In this document: piece by piece, positions 1-12,720 of the stretch
Layout of the letters: each line of letters opens with the position of its first letter
Position numbering within the stretch: the stretch's first letter is position 1
Source: the human T2T-CHM13v2.0 reference genome, Homo sapiens
Assembly (NCBI RefSeq): GCF_009914755.1
Contig: NC_060931.1
DNA: 64,000 nucleotides
Direction: 5' to 3' (one strand)
The notes under the pieces: generated by a model
What the model was told of the DNA's origin: nothing
What the model saw: the letters and a program-made list of their open reading frames with translations, nothing else
Databases searched by the model: none
Translations under genes and position numbers: made by a program

Positions 1-352
1 TTCCACCTCAGGTCTCTTTGTCTTGCTTTTCTCATTGCCTGGATGCTCTTCTACAGATATTTTCATGGCTCTCTCCCTCACCTGCTCAGGTGTCTGCTCA
101 CCTGTGCTCTTCTCAGTCAGGCCATTCTATTTGAGATGATGACATTCCTCTTCCCCCCATTTTTCTCTGTAGCACTTACCACCAACTTCATGGTGCATAC
201 TTTCTTATTTATTTTTGTATTGTCGATCTTCTCCAGTGGCATGTAAATTTATGAGGGTTGGGCTTTGGTTTGTTTTGTCCCATGTTCTATTTCCAGCACC
301 TAGAATAGTTCCTGGAACATAGCAGGGGCTCAACACATATTTTTTGAATGAA
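1..352 (+). mobile_element. L2 (L2a-like) LINE 3' end fragment
   Basis: Typical L2 3' terminus 'ccagcacctagaatagttcctggaacatagcaggggctcaacacatattttttgaatgaa'. Confidence 0.75.
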
Positions 353-359
353 CAGTAGC

Positions 360-530
360 TTTACATGCTCTCTTTCTTAGTTTTATAGAACCCTGCAAGC
401 TGGTTATTATTTACATTTTAGAAATGAAGCAGCTAAGATGTGGAGAGGTTAAGTACCTATTAATAGTCACAGATGCTAATAAGCAGCAGAGATAGAATTT
501 GAATCTAGCCTCTGATTTCTCCCTGAGCCC
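360..530 (-). mobile_element. MIR SINE fragment
   Basis: Reverse MIR core 'agaggttaagtacc...gtcacag...agagatagaatttgaatc'. Confidence 0.6.
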
Positions 531-593
531 CAGCTTCATATATGACTACCTGTTATATAGAATAGTAGAGACAGCATCTGAAACTTACATCCC

Positions 594-1369
594 TGTGGTA
601 TCATAGAAAGATATTTGGTCTTTGTCTTTGGTTCCTGGCACAGAGCTCCTAGAACCCAGAGCTCCTGCATGATAAGGGTTACAGAACATCTTGTGTACTA
701 ATGAGGTGACTCTTGGCAAGCCCCTGGATAGTTTCAGGATGGGGGCTGGTCACCAGAAAGACCAACCTTGATTAGAACCTTGGAACTTTTATGTATGCAT
801 GTAACCTTTAGGGAAGTGAGAGGGGCTAGAGATTCAGTCAATCACCCATGGCCAATATTTAATCAATCATTACTACATAATTAAAATTCCATAAAATCCC
901 CTGAACAACAGAGTTCAGAGAGCTTCTGAGTGGGTGAACGCATCCACGTGCCAGGAGAGTGATATACCCCAATTCCACAAGGGACAAAAGACACTGTTCT
1001 TAGGACCCTTTTAGACCTTGCCCTGTGTACCTGGCTGTATCTTTATAATAAATTCATAAACATAAGTAAAGTGGCTTCCTGAGTTCTGTGAACCATTCTA
1101 GCAAATTATTAAAACTAGGAGGGGGTCGTGGGAACCTCCAATTTAGTAAGTATCAGGTCAAGTACAGGTGACCTGATACTTGTGCCTGGCATATGAAGTG
1201 AGGGCAGTCTGTTGGGATTGAGCCCTTAAACTGCGGAGTCTGAAGCTAAACTCTAGGTAGTTAGCATCTGAATTGAATTGAATTATAGGACACTTCGTTG
1301 GTGTTGGAAAATTGGAGAAGTGGTGTGGGAAAAGACCATGTATTTGATGTCAGGAGGAAAAACCCTCTC
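594..1369 (+). mobile_element. MER21-family solo LTR (ERVL) interrupting an L2
   Basis: TG...CA ends; MER21-like motifs 'ggatgggggctggtcaccagaaagaccaa', 'cctgagttctgtgaaccattctagcaaatta', 'gaattgaattgaattataggacac'. Confidence 0.8.
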
Positions 1370-1670
1370 AATGCTCAAGATAAAACTGGATTCTCAGCCA
1401 CACCTCCTTTGTGTTTTCCCTGTTTCAGTAAATGCCACCTCCATCCATCCAGTTATTCAAGCTAAAAACATTAGAGCCATTCTCAATTCATCCCTTTCAT
1501 TCATCTCCTCCATCTGATCCATTAATACATCTGGTCAATCCTCCTCCCTGATTCAGTCCCCTTTCCCCCTGCACTGCCATCATCTTTATCTGCATTGTTC
1601 CAATAGTCTCCTAAGTCTATCTATCTGCCTCTGCACTTGCCCCTATAATTCATTCTCCACATCTCAGAAT
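1370..1670 (+). mobile_element. L2 LINE fragment
   Basis: 'ttcagtaaatgccacctccatccatccagttattcaagc...ctgcactgccatcatc' resembles L2 ORF2/3' region. Confidence 0.65.
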
Positions 1671-2389
1671 AAAAATGGCAGGAAGCTGTGCACTGTGCAT
1701 GCTGGGAACATGAACAGGGCTCCTGCAGTCTTGGTGCTGCTCCTTGGATGCTCTTGGCAGCATTCTTCATGGTGTTACTTTCTCTGCAAGGACATAATCA
1801 TTCCAACTTTTAGTTTCACTGGCATCCAACTTTAGCCTGCTGAGGAAAACTCCAGAACCTCCAGCCAAATGGTTCTTTTTAGATAATCCCTGTGCCTCAT
1901 TAATTTAGGAAAGCATCTGCACAGAGCACCTTGTACCATCACAAAATGCAAAATAAATTCATATGAAATTATTATTCAAAAGTTAATTGTTTAATCTGCT
2001 ATAAATTGTTTTCTTTAGCTACAGCTGTGGTTGCATTTTGCATTTGTTACAAACCCTTAAGCACTGACTGGCTTCAGCCAGTCAGCTGAGTTCAAGTTCA
2101 GCTCCTTGGGCACGGGCCATTCTGTGCTGCCAGGAGAATTGTAGTAAAGATGGCAGTCTGGCTGGTCCACATGCTGTCTGCTTTGGATGAGGAAGAACAG
2201 ATGAAAAGGTGCAAAGGACAGCAGAGAGTTGCTGAATTCCTCCTGCTGGCTTCTTTTCACATGTGACCCTGCAGGCAGCTAACCAAGGCTAAGGAATGTG
2301 CTCTGGGCAGGGCACATGGAATGTTCTGGAAGTGACAAGTAGTAATGCCTCCCATCTGGAGAACATCTAACCTCTATAGAGCCCTGCTG

Positions 2390-2580
2390 TTTTCAAAGCA
2401 TTCTTCCATGCACTGTCACATTTGAGTTTTGCCACAACTCTGGCAGGTGGTAAGGGCAAAGTTGTTATCTCCATTCAAAGCTGTGGGAAAGTTGTGGCTT
2501 AGAGAATTGGGAATTTGCCCATGGCCACATAGCTAGGAACAGTCTGAATGGGTTTGAACACAGATCTACAGATTGTGATT
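2390..2580 (-). mobile_element. MIR SINE fragment
   Basis: 'ttatctccatt...ggcttagaga...atttgcccatggccacatagctag...gggtttgaacacagatct'. Confidence 0.65.
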
Positions 2581-3202
2581 TTCTTTCTGTTATTCTAAGA
2601 ACGGAAAAAACATTTGTTCTTGTGGGCCAACTTTGACTGATTGGCAGTGGTTTTCTGGAGTGGTAAGTTCAGAAATGGTTCGAGGCCATTGCTAGACTCT
2701 GTGGGAAAAGATGTTTTGATTGACTGGTGACATCTGCCAGCAGTGAGGGAGAAGATGTGGTGGCATATTGCTGTCTAGTTACTTCCCATGTCCCACCCTT
2801 TCCCCAACACTGTGCCATAATTTGCTTCTTTGCATTCTGCTTTTTTGCACCAGGGATAAAAAGAATAAGAAATACCACCTGTGAAGCTTAAGTGCTACTC
2901 TCTTCTGTCCTGATCTTGCTGTGGGTATCTCTTCGGCTCTGATTGTGGGTAACTCAGGCAACTACACAAGCCCATGTGCCTATGGCTTCTTTGATAGAGA
3001 AGTTTAATGTGTTTTCTTCCCTCTGAGAAAGAACAGTAGAACAGGCCAGTCACAGTTATTATGTGAAGGAATGGACAACGTTGATCTGTTAGGCACTACA
3101 GTTGGATTCTTAGGTGCCAATCTAAATACTGTGAAGATCTAAGAATGTAGAAATTGCAGGCACATCTCCTCTTTACATCTGCTGTGAGAAACTATGGAGT
3201 AC

Positions 3203-3583
3203 TGATATGGTTTGGATCTGTGTCATTGCCCACATCTCATGTCAAAGTGTGACCCCCAATGTTGGAGGTGGGGTGTGGTGGGAGGTGATTGGATTGTGGA
3301 GGCAGATTTCCCCATTGGTGCTGTCCTCACAATAGCGAGTGAGCTCTCGTGAGATCTGGTCATTTAAAAGTGTGAGCACCTCCCCTTTCCCCTCTCTTGC
3401 TCCTGCTCTAGCCATGTAATATGTGTGCTTCCCATTCAGCTTCTGCCATGATTGTAAGTTTCCTGGGGCCTCTCAGAAGCTGAGCAGATGCCAGCATCAT
3501 GCCTCCTGTACAGCCTGTGGAATCGTGAGCCGATTAAACCTCTTTTCTTTATAAATTGCCCAGTCTCAGGTATGACCAATACA
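3203..3583 (+). mobile_element. MSTA-like solo LTR (ERVL-MaLR)
   Basis: Starts tgatatggtttggatctgtgtc, ends aataca; exact 5-bp TSD agtac (3198-3202 / 3584-3588). Confidence 0.9.
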
Positions 3584-6500
3584 AGTACCAAGTGCATAGA
3601 TGTCATCAACAGGGCTCTTCTTAATTCATTCCCAAGTCTGCATGGAGTGGCATAGACTTAAAGCATTCCCTCATTTTAGCTAAGTCACTCAAAATGTTAA
3701 TTACACCTAAAGCAAAGCCACTTAAAGAGAGAAACCCTCTGTTTGAAGTTTTTCCCATGCCCCATTGAATTTCTCCCAGTGGATTTCCAACAACTCTTCC
3801 ATTCTAACTCCATCTCTCATTAGTCCGTGATCACCGGGTTGAATTTTTTCCCCTGTACTTTCTGGCTTTTACTTCTTTGCTTAGAAACTCAACTTCTCCT
3901 ATAATGTGTTCATTGTCCATCTACCCTGTCTTTGTGTGTTGACACCATCTCCTTCATGAAGTTTTTCTTAAACATCCATTTGTCTGGGATTTGTTCTTTC
4001 TTTAAATTGTACCTGCCATCCTCCCTGCCCCAGCATTTTGCTTACAGAATGTTTGTATTCTGCTTTATATTATTGTTGTTGACTGAGTGCTCCCACTACC
4101 TTCTAGATGGTGAGTTTTTTTGAGGAGGAACTCTTAGATCATATTTTCTCCATTATCTAATATAATGTCTAGACCAGAGTAGAAATGCAAAAAGTATTTG
4201 TTGAATAAATAAGCTCTTTTACAGTGGCCAATCCAGCAAGTCTTGTTTCTTCCAGGCCTTGTGTATTTGAGTGATTTACTGTGAAAGTGCCTGCCCACGA
4301 GCCACTTGCATTGTAGGTAGTGGTTGGTTATCAAACAAGAGCCTAGGCAAGGCAAGATAACAGCTTAGGGATGGCAATTCAGAGATGGCAATACAGATGG
4401 AAAGATGTGGATTCATTTGACATGTAAAGAGGAAGCAAAATGCAGGACTTGGTGAGGAAATGAATTTTCAGGCTGGGGGGAAGGATGTAAAAGGGATGGC
4501 TTGAAAATGTCTGCTTTGTCCAATGAAATTGATTGTGGTGCCAGTCATTGAGATGGGGAACTGAAAGAGGACCACAGTTTTTTAAGGGGGATGATCAAGA
4601 GTTTGATTTTGGGGTTGGAGCTTATACGGAGGCCAGGGCTGGAGGCTTGAATTAGGGAGTCATCAGCATATCGATGGCCTCTGCATCTGAAGACTCCTGC
4701 TTCCCTGTGACCTTGCATTGTTTGCTGAGAGCAAGGGAGGGATTTGATGGAGTCACAGGTAATAGGAGAAGAGAGAACATTTGAGATAGGTGTGCGAGTG
4801 GGCAGGGAATTGTCTGTAGCCATGTGATGAGGTTATGAAGTCAAGTTGAGGATCTGGTTGAGATTGGCCTTCAATATAATGTACAGTGCCACCAACTAAC
4901 CCAGCTATGAGATTTTCCCAGCATCCCTTAGATCCCCAGGTACAGTTTTGAAGAAAATGGTAGTTGGGTTCATCTGAGTTACAGATTTTGCTAGAGAAGT
5001 GGGATTTAGAGGCAGAGGGGCAAGGGAGTATAGGATATTTGTAAAATATGACTTAAAATAATAATGAAATCAAAGCTAGAGAGGGACAGAAGAGAAGACA
5101 GGAAGGAGGTAATTGATAAGGAGAAGTAGAGAGATACCCCAGTGGATAGGGAGAAAGTGGAGGGCTCGATGGTAGGTACACCAACAAAGTTGAAGAAAAA
5201 GTTGTGGGATCATCTTAACCAGCTGGAAAACAAAAAGATTGTGATTGAAGAGCTACATGGTTGAAATACTGACTTTGGAGATAAACAAATCTGGGGTGAT
5301 GATGAGGCCTTGGGTAGAGAATCATATGATCGAAGAGTAAGACTAATTTCAGAGACCTTGGGAAAATTTAGATCAAAGCAACCATACATATATCATAACT
5401 AAAATATTGTGTATGTGTGGCACAAATTATTTGAATGAGGTAATAGTGGCTTAAAATTTTCTTGATGAAATATTTGTAATTTTGATCGTCATGAGATAAA
5501 TAGAATCATGCTTTAAATATAACTAACCTAGGTGATGTCATGCAGTTAGGTTAATTCTGTAATTTTCCCCACAGCTAGTTTTTTCTTTTCGTTTTGGGAA
5601 ACTTCCTACCCTCTCACATTACCTTTACTATCCTTGTGGGCTTGGAGAAAACACCACTGGCCATTGTTCCTGATATTGTTTCTAAACCTCCAGGTTTTTG
5701 TGGGCACCTATAAACAGCACCACAGCCCCTTGTGGGAGAGAGCTGATTTAAACAGTCAAGACTTCTTCTCAAACAAGGTCCCAGGGAGAAGAATCCCTTG
5801 CTCTGATACATTCTGTACCTGCATTCAGCTTCACAGGTGGAGAACAGTTTGTGGTCCTAGGTGGTGATTGCTCCCTTGGCTAGAAATGAAGGAGCCAGGA
5901 GAAAACAAGTTTGGGGCTAGAGGCCTGGGATAGTCTAAAAGACTCATTCCCAGAGGCAAGATCTCTTTACCTTCATCTGATTGTTTTAGGGTTTATCTAT
6001 AAGCTTGAGCAGTCATTGTGGGTCTTGTCCTCTTTGGCATCTAAAGTGGTCATGATCAATGTTAAAAGAGAATTTTCAAAAAAGGGTAAAATCGTAACTT
6101 TTATGCAACTATAAAAATAAACATTCATTAAGGATGTATTTATCATGATATTATAACTGGTTCAAAGGAAAAATTATAAAAAGAACAAATTTGTATGGAA
6201 TAAAGAAAAATTGATGTGAACATGCAAATCAAGGCAATTTTCCCCCCCATTGAGTGGGGAGGGAAGTCCTCACTTCAAAAATTCAATTCAACTGAAATTT
6301 TTTTTTCTTTACTGTATAGGACAGAATTTTCCTGTTTATAGACAAAGATTATTTTGCATTACTATCAGTTATCCATAATTTAGAGTTGATGAATAGCCTC
6401 TGTAGTCTCAGAATCAGATAACATGGAAGAGTGAGTTGTAGATAATGCATAATTTTCCACTGAACACAAATTCTTCCCTATAGCAACAGGAGCTACTACT

Positions 6501-7118
6501 CTCTCCTTCTCACACCCTTTTCCTTGTTCTGCTGATTTCTGCTAGTTCCTTGCAGAACTTTTGACTTCAATTGTTATCGTTTGGCCAATGTGCTCCTCAG
6601 CTAGACAATAACACTCTGTGGGAAAGACCAAAGACATAAACTTTTCATCTTTACATGAAAGTAGGGAACATTTCAATGTATTAAATAAAACATTAAAAAT
6701 TTTAAAACCTTGATGACTTTGGTATTGTGGGGCTAGAAGAAAGTGTATGTGGCGTGGTGGAGATTGGGGAGGGAGGTGAAGAAGAAGAGAAATAAGTTCC
6801 TCTTCATAAAGTAGGATGGAATTTGGGTTGGGTGAAAGGATTGCTTGGGCACGGCTTTATTCTCTGGTGCAGGATGCTTATGAGTGGGTGGTGAATGTTA
6901 TTTGTCCATGGCTTCTCATGGCTGGGGTGAGAACTCCTGCAGGGCTGATTTTCCTAAGCACTTTCATAATTGCCTTGTCATAGGCGTGACCCATCCTGTG
7001 AAGAAGGGCCCTTCAACATGTATTCTGAAAAGGGCAGCAGCCCAGATAGTTTCATGAGTGGTTTGCCTGGGTCTGTTAAGTCACCTCTAACTCGTAACTG
7101 GGCGCAGAGAGGTAAAAT

Positions 7119-7420
7119 CAGTGGGTCTCAAGCCAGGCTGCAAGTTAAAATCTCTGGGGAGCTTTGGAAAATACTCGCCTCAAGAGAATCAGCTTGAATT
7201 GGTCTGGATGGATCTGGGCCTCAGTATTTTTAAGACATTTCCTAAACGTGCAGTGCAGGATGAGAAGTGTTGGTTTAAGCAGGGTTTCTCAAACGGATGG
7301 GTAGAATCACCTTAGAGTGCCTTTTTAAAATGCAAATTCCCAGGCCCTTTCTTGGTGACTTTGATTTGGGAGGCCTGGGTTGGGACATAGAAATCAGAAT
7401 GTTTGACAGGCATTCCAGGC
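7119..7420. mobile_element. Two adjacent MER5-family (hAT-Charlie) fragments
   Basis: 'cagtgggtctcaa...ggggagctttggaaaatac' and 'cagggtttctcaaa...agaatcacc...ttaaaatgcaaattcccaggccc'. Confidence 0.7.
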
Positions 7421-7668
7421 AAGTAAGGGATATGTTTATGAGCTGCAAATAGAATGAAACTTCAGAGGCCTTGTATTTGGTTCACAGAGCAGTCTTTGAA
7501 ACTTCAATGCTTCTTTGCTGACAATAGGTTTTGAAGGATGGCCTTTTGTTAAATTTACTAAATTTATGTTTGGAGATGATATTTATACAAGTGATTTATA
7601 CAGATCATTTATGTAGTGTCATTATATTCTGACTGGCATGTGAAAGTAAAACTTTCCAGACGCATGAC

Positions 7669-8168
7669 TGTGATAGGCAGAAAAATGGCTCCCCAGAAGA
7701 TATCCACATTCTAATCCCTAGAAACTGTAAATGTTACTTTATTTACAAAAAGAGTCTTTGCAGATATGATTTAAATTAAAGATCTTTAGATGAGATTATT
7801 TTGGATTAACCAAGTGGGCCCTAGATTCCATCACAAACATCCTTATAAGAGACGGAGCAGAGAAAGAGCTGAGATGCATATAGAGGAGAAAGTGATGTGA
7901 AGATAGGGACAGAGATTGGGCTGGAAACCCAGGAATACCAGCAGCCATCACAAGCTGAAAGAGGCAAGGAGCAAATTCTCTCCTCAAGCCAGCAGAGGGA
8001 ATGTGTGCCTGCCAACATCTTGTTTTATTTTGGTCAAAACAAAACAAAACAAAAAAACAAATTTTGAACATCTGGCTTCCAGAAAGAACTGTGAGGGATT
8101 AAATTTCTGTTGTTTTAAGCCATCAAGTTCGTGGTAATCTGTTACAGCAGCCACAGGAAGCTAATACA
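7669..8168 (+). mobile_element. MLT1C/D-like solo LTR (MaLR) with internal (CAAAA)n
   Basis: tgtgataggcagaaaaatggctcccc ... tgttacagcagccacaggaagctaataca. Confidence 0.85.
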
Positions 8169-8169
8169 G

Positions 8170-8330
8170 GGCTCTTCAAACGGTACTGTACACAGGAATC
8201 CCCTAGGGAACAGGATGCAACTGGGATTCTTATTCAGTGGGTCTGGGGTGGTGCCCTAGATGCTGCTGCATTTCCAATGCTCCTGGGTGATGCTGGTGTT
8301 GGAGGTCCATGGACCACGCTTTGAGGAACA
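8170..8330. mobile_element. MER5A fragment
   Basis: 'ttcagtgggtctggggtggtgccc...ggtgatgctggtgttggaggtccatggaccacgctttgag'. Confidence 0.65.
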
Positions 8331-9030
8331 AGTTTAAGAAGGTAAATATGGAGTAGAGATGAGCATAGAAGGGATTACTGAAGGGAGAAGTTAGGCAGTT
8401 TTATTAAAGTTTTTTTGAGCCCATATTCTTTCATGTATATACCTCTTCCAATCATGTCATATTTCCACTGACAAACGGAAGATCAGGATTCAGGCAGCTG
8501 CCCAGATAATTGAGATAAAAATTAATTAGACGATGGCCTCATTTCCCGCTGTGGCAGTTAAGACCTGGCTAAAAATGGCGTGTGGCCATTTTAAAATAAC
8601 AAAGAGATAATTGCTTCAGCAGTTACATCTGTAATGTGTCATCATTTTCTGAGTGCCAGTGGAAATTTCTGTACCTATTGAGAATGAGTGTGGGTGCAGA
8701 GGGTTCATTTAATTCGAAAAGCCATAAAAGCTGAAAATTAAAAAGAAACCCCAAACCATGGCTAATTCTAATGCTAGGTGTTGGTGAAGGTTTTAGCTCT
8801 GTAATCTAGGACTGATTTAGCAACAAAGTTGAGTTTAGCATTGGTCTGAGTGTGGTTTTTAATTTGGTGTTTGCTTTCTACTGAAGATATTGTGGTGCAG
8901 AACAGCAAAAGAGGAAGAACCAACTTATATAAATGCAGACTTTTGGGATAATGGACAAGGTACAAATAAAGAGAGCAAAAGAATGATGTGACACTTGGGT
9001 GATGCTGAAATATTATACGACTTCCCAAGG

Positions 9031-9383
9031 TGTCTCAGTCTGTTAGGGCTGCTATAACAAAATATCTTAGACTGAATAATTTATAAATAGTATACATTTA
9101 TTGCTTACCCTTCTCGAGCCTGGGGGGTCCAAGATCAAGGTGCCAGCAGGTTCAGTGTCTGGTGAGGGCTTGCTTCCAGCTTCAAAATAGTGCCTTGCTG
9201 CTGTGTCCTCACATGAGGAAAGAGCAAAGCGGCTCCCTTCAACCTCTTTTATGAGGGCACTACCACATTCATCAGCGTTCTTCCCTGTAACTTAATCACC
9301 CCCTTCAGGCTCCCCCTATTAATACTATCACATTGGTGATTTTCAACATATGAGTTTTGGGGAAACAAATTCAGACCATAGCA
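9031..9383 (-). mobile_element. MSTD/MLT1A-like solo LTR (MaLR)
   Basis: tgtctcagtctgttagggctgctataacaaaata ... ttcagaccatagca. Confidence 0.8.
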
Positions 9384-9438
9384 AGAAGCACCCCCAGTCT
9401 TTTTGGAGGTGACACTGTTTTTGGAAAATTGATTTTGA

Positions 9439-9800
<362 letters not shown>

Positions 9801-9804
9801 TTAT

Positions 9805-10272
9805 CTTTTTTTTTTTTTACTGTGGCAAAATATGCATAACACAGTATTTATCATTTGAACCATTTTTAAGTGTCCAATTCAGTGGCATTAAGTACATTCA
9901 CACTGTGATGCAACCATCAACACTGCCCTTTTCTAGAGCTGTTTCATCGTCCCAAGCAGAAACTCTGCACCCATTACACAATGTTCTACATCCCCCTCTC
10001 TCTCCAGTCCCTTGTAACCACTCTTCTACTTTCCTTCTTGATGAATTTGCCCGTTGTAGGTACCTCGTGTAAGTAGAATCATGCGATACTTGTCTTTTGT
10101 GTCTGACATATTTCACTTACCATAATGTCCTCAAGGCTTATCCATGTTTTAGCATGTATCACAATTTCATTCCTTTCTATGCGTCAATATTTTGTTGTGT
10201 GTATATATAATACTACATTTTGTTTATCAGTTCATCTGGTGAGGGACATTTGGATTGTTTCCACCTTTTGCC
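9805..10272 (-). mobile_element. L1MB-family 3' end fragment
   Basis: Poly-T then 'aaccatttttaagtgtccaattcagtggcattaagtacattcacactgtgatgcaaccatc'. Confidence 0.8.
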
Positions 10273-11149
10273 TCTTATAAATTTGCACTTTACCTTTTAA
10301 ATTAAGATTAATTTAAATTATGGTAAAAATGATTTTTGAGAATTCCTTGCCTTCCTTTTCAAGATAATGGAAGATATTTGCATGAAAGCCAAGACTAGGA
10401 ATCATTGGGTGATTGGATAGGACAAAGCAATTTCTTTATCTGCATTATACTTGAAGAAGTCTTAATGAATGAACTTTGCCAGCAACAGGAACTGGGAGAA
10501 GATATTTGGAGATGGAGAAGAGCAAATAGCAACAGGCAACGCTACCCTTAGACCATAGCCATGGGGCTGCTGTCCTGAGCCTATGCTTTAGAGGCCCCAT
10601 TCTGGCCCCCATGCAACACTTCTCCTCACAGGGCCAAATGGATGCACCCGCCTAGAACACGCCTCTCTTCTAGACCTTGTTGTGATATCTGAGGCCCCGG
10701 CTTTTCTGCCTGTAAGTCCTGAGCTCACTTCTAGGGTCTCTTCCCTCTGGTTAACCAATGCTGCTGGTATCTGCTTGCTTAGCACTAGGACTGAGGGTGG
10801 CCAAGAGTATCTGCTGGTATCTGATGGCCAAGGCACTAGGACTGAGGGTGGCCAAGTCCTACCTTGTTTGCTCTTTAGGGATGGGGGTCAGTGGTATCTG
10901 TGAGACAGAGTCCTGAATGGGAAGAGAAGGGTGATGAGCCTCACCGTGGGTTGCTGGCAATGCTGCCAGTATTTGAGTCTATTTCAGGTCTTGCAGAGAC
11001 TCAGAACATTTGACAGAATATTGAATATAGTGGGTGAATGAGATTATGCAGAGTCACAAGTGTCAAGTATCTATTCTATACCCTTTCTGTTTTTTCCCTT
11101 CCCAGCACTTCTTGCTGCCCCCACATTATGCAAACATACACACATGTGT

Positions 11150-11580
11150 GCTTTAAAGTCAGAAGATTGTCCACACCCACTTCATTTGACAGATGAGAAA
11201 GTCAATGATCACAGAGAAAGTTCTTAAACATTTCATGAGTAGTCACTGGCAGAGGCAGGGTTTGAAACCTGTAGTTCCTGCACATAGCCTCATGCAGGTA
11301 GAGACTTCCCATCCAGGTCCCTGAGATGTAGTCATTTAAAGGCCTCATATAAAATTTGAATCCCGCTATCTTGCAGTGAAGCATCAAGAGACTTGGGTCC
11401 CAAAATGGCCTACTTTCTAATTAGCAGTTGGAATTTGGGGAAGGGCCAACATTTTTGAACCATAATCTCCTCATTATTTTAAATGGGGATAGTCCTACCT
11501 GCTCTGCTCACAATCTGCTCGCACGTCTGTTATTTCAAATCAAATGGTTTGAAAACATATGAAATGCCATATACATGCAA
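11150..11580. mobile_element. Two MIR fragments (minus then plus)
   Basis: 'catttgacagatgagaaagtc...ggcagaggcagggtttgaaacc' and 'aaatggggatagtcctacctgc'. Confidence 0.55.
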
Positions 11581-12489
11581 GATGCTGAGGAGCATGTGTG
11601 CAATGTGGGGGATGCATTCCTACAGTCCTTTGGTTTGGAAATATTGCACGGATTGTGAAGGAGGAGTGCGGAGGGGGATTCTGACCTACTTTTATGTGTG
11701 CTCATTGCTCTCCGTCCTTTCCCTCACTTCTCTTTCCATACTTTTAATGTCATCTCTGTAAGGGACAGGGAAGGGTTTTATGTGGGAGGCACCTGGGCTG
11801 GTGGGAGTTGAAAGAGCCTATACTAAGAAGTCTGGCTGCATGAGGAAGCTGACAGGACAGCCTGACAAATGCATCCGGATGTTTCAATCCACTGCTGGTG
11901 AGCCAAAGGCAGCAGGCCTGGAGATTGTCAGTAGCATTCCAGCTGCCATCTGAGCCCAAGGCACAGTGACAAAGTGGGACAAATTGGTATGTCATGGCCT
12001 TCTGCTTCACTTTCAGGATTCTCGTCCTTCCTCTACCCTCTACTATTTTCTTTTCCCCAACCCAGCCCTGACTTCCAGCCACCTAGTTGCTGTGCTCTGA
12101 ATGTCCAAAGTTCATGCTTTTGACCAGTATGTATGCTACCTGGACAGGATGTCTTTCCTTTTCATGCATCGGCTAACCCCCGCCCCCAGACTGCAGTGGA
12201 AAGGAGCACTGAGGCAACCTCCTAAAAAGGTTTTAAAAATAACCTTGCTCTTCTGCATCATAATCACAACACTGAAATCTCAAACTCTGGAAGGTACTGA
12301 TTTGATTTAAATAATTTATACAAAGGTGGGAATTGATAAGCTTAACACAGGGGTGATTTGCATTTGTAATAAGAGATTGTTGACACAATTGAATCTCTTA
12401 TTGGCTTACTAATATGGGAGAAAAATGTTTTTTAATAGGGAGCTTCTTTCCCCCTCCCTTTGTCCTACCCGCATCTAACCCAGCAGGGA

Positions 12490-12720
12490 GCTGTGAGCCT
12501 CTAGTAGGAGTTTTTCCTCATTCACATATGAGGCACTTGGCGTGTCATCTCATGTCATCTTCATGTGGTCCTGTGAAAGTATTAGCCACATTTTGCAAAT
12601 GAGGAAACTGAGGCCCAGGGAGGTCAATAAATTGGCCCAAGAAGACAGCCTGTAAGAGGTAGTGTTGGAGTCAAGCTTCACTTTGTCCCACATTTTCAGA
12701 TGTAGCACAGCTCCATGCAA
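12490..12720 (-). mobile_element. MIR SINE
   Basis: 'cattttgcaaatgaggaaactgaggcccagggaggtcaataaattggcccaag'. Confidence 0.7.
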
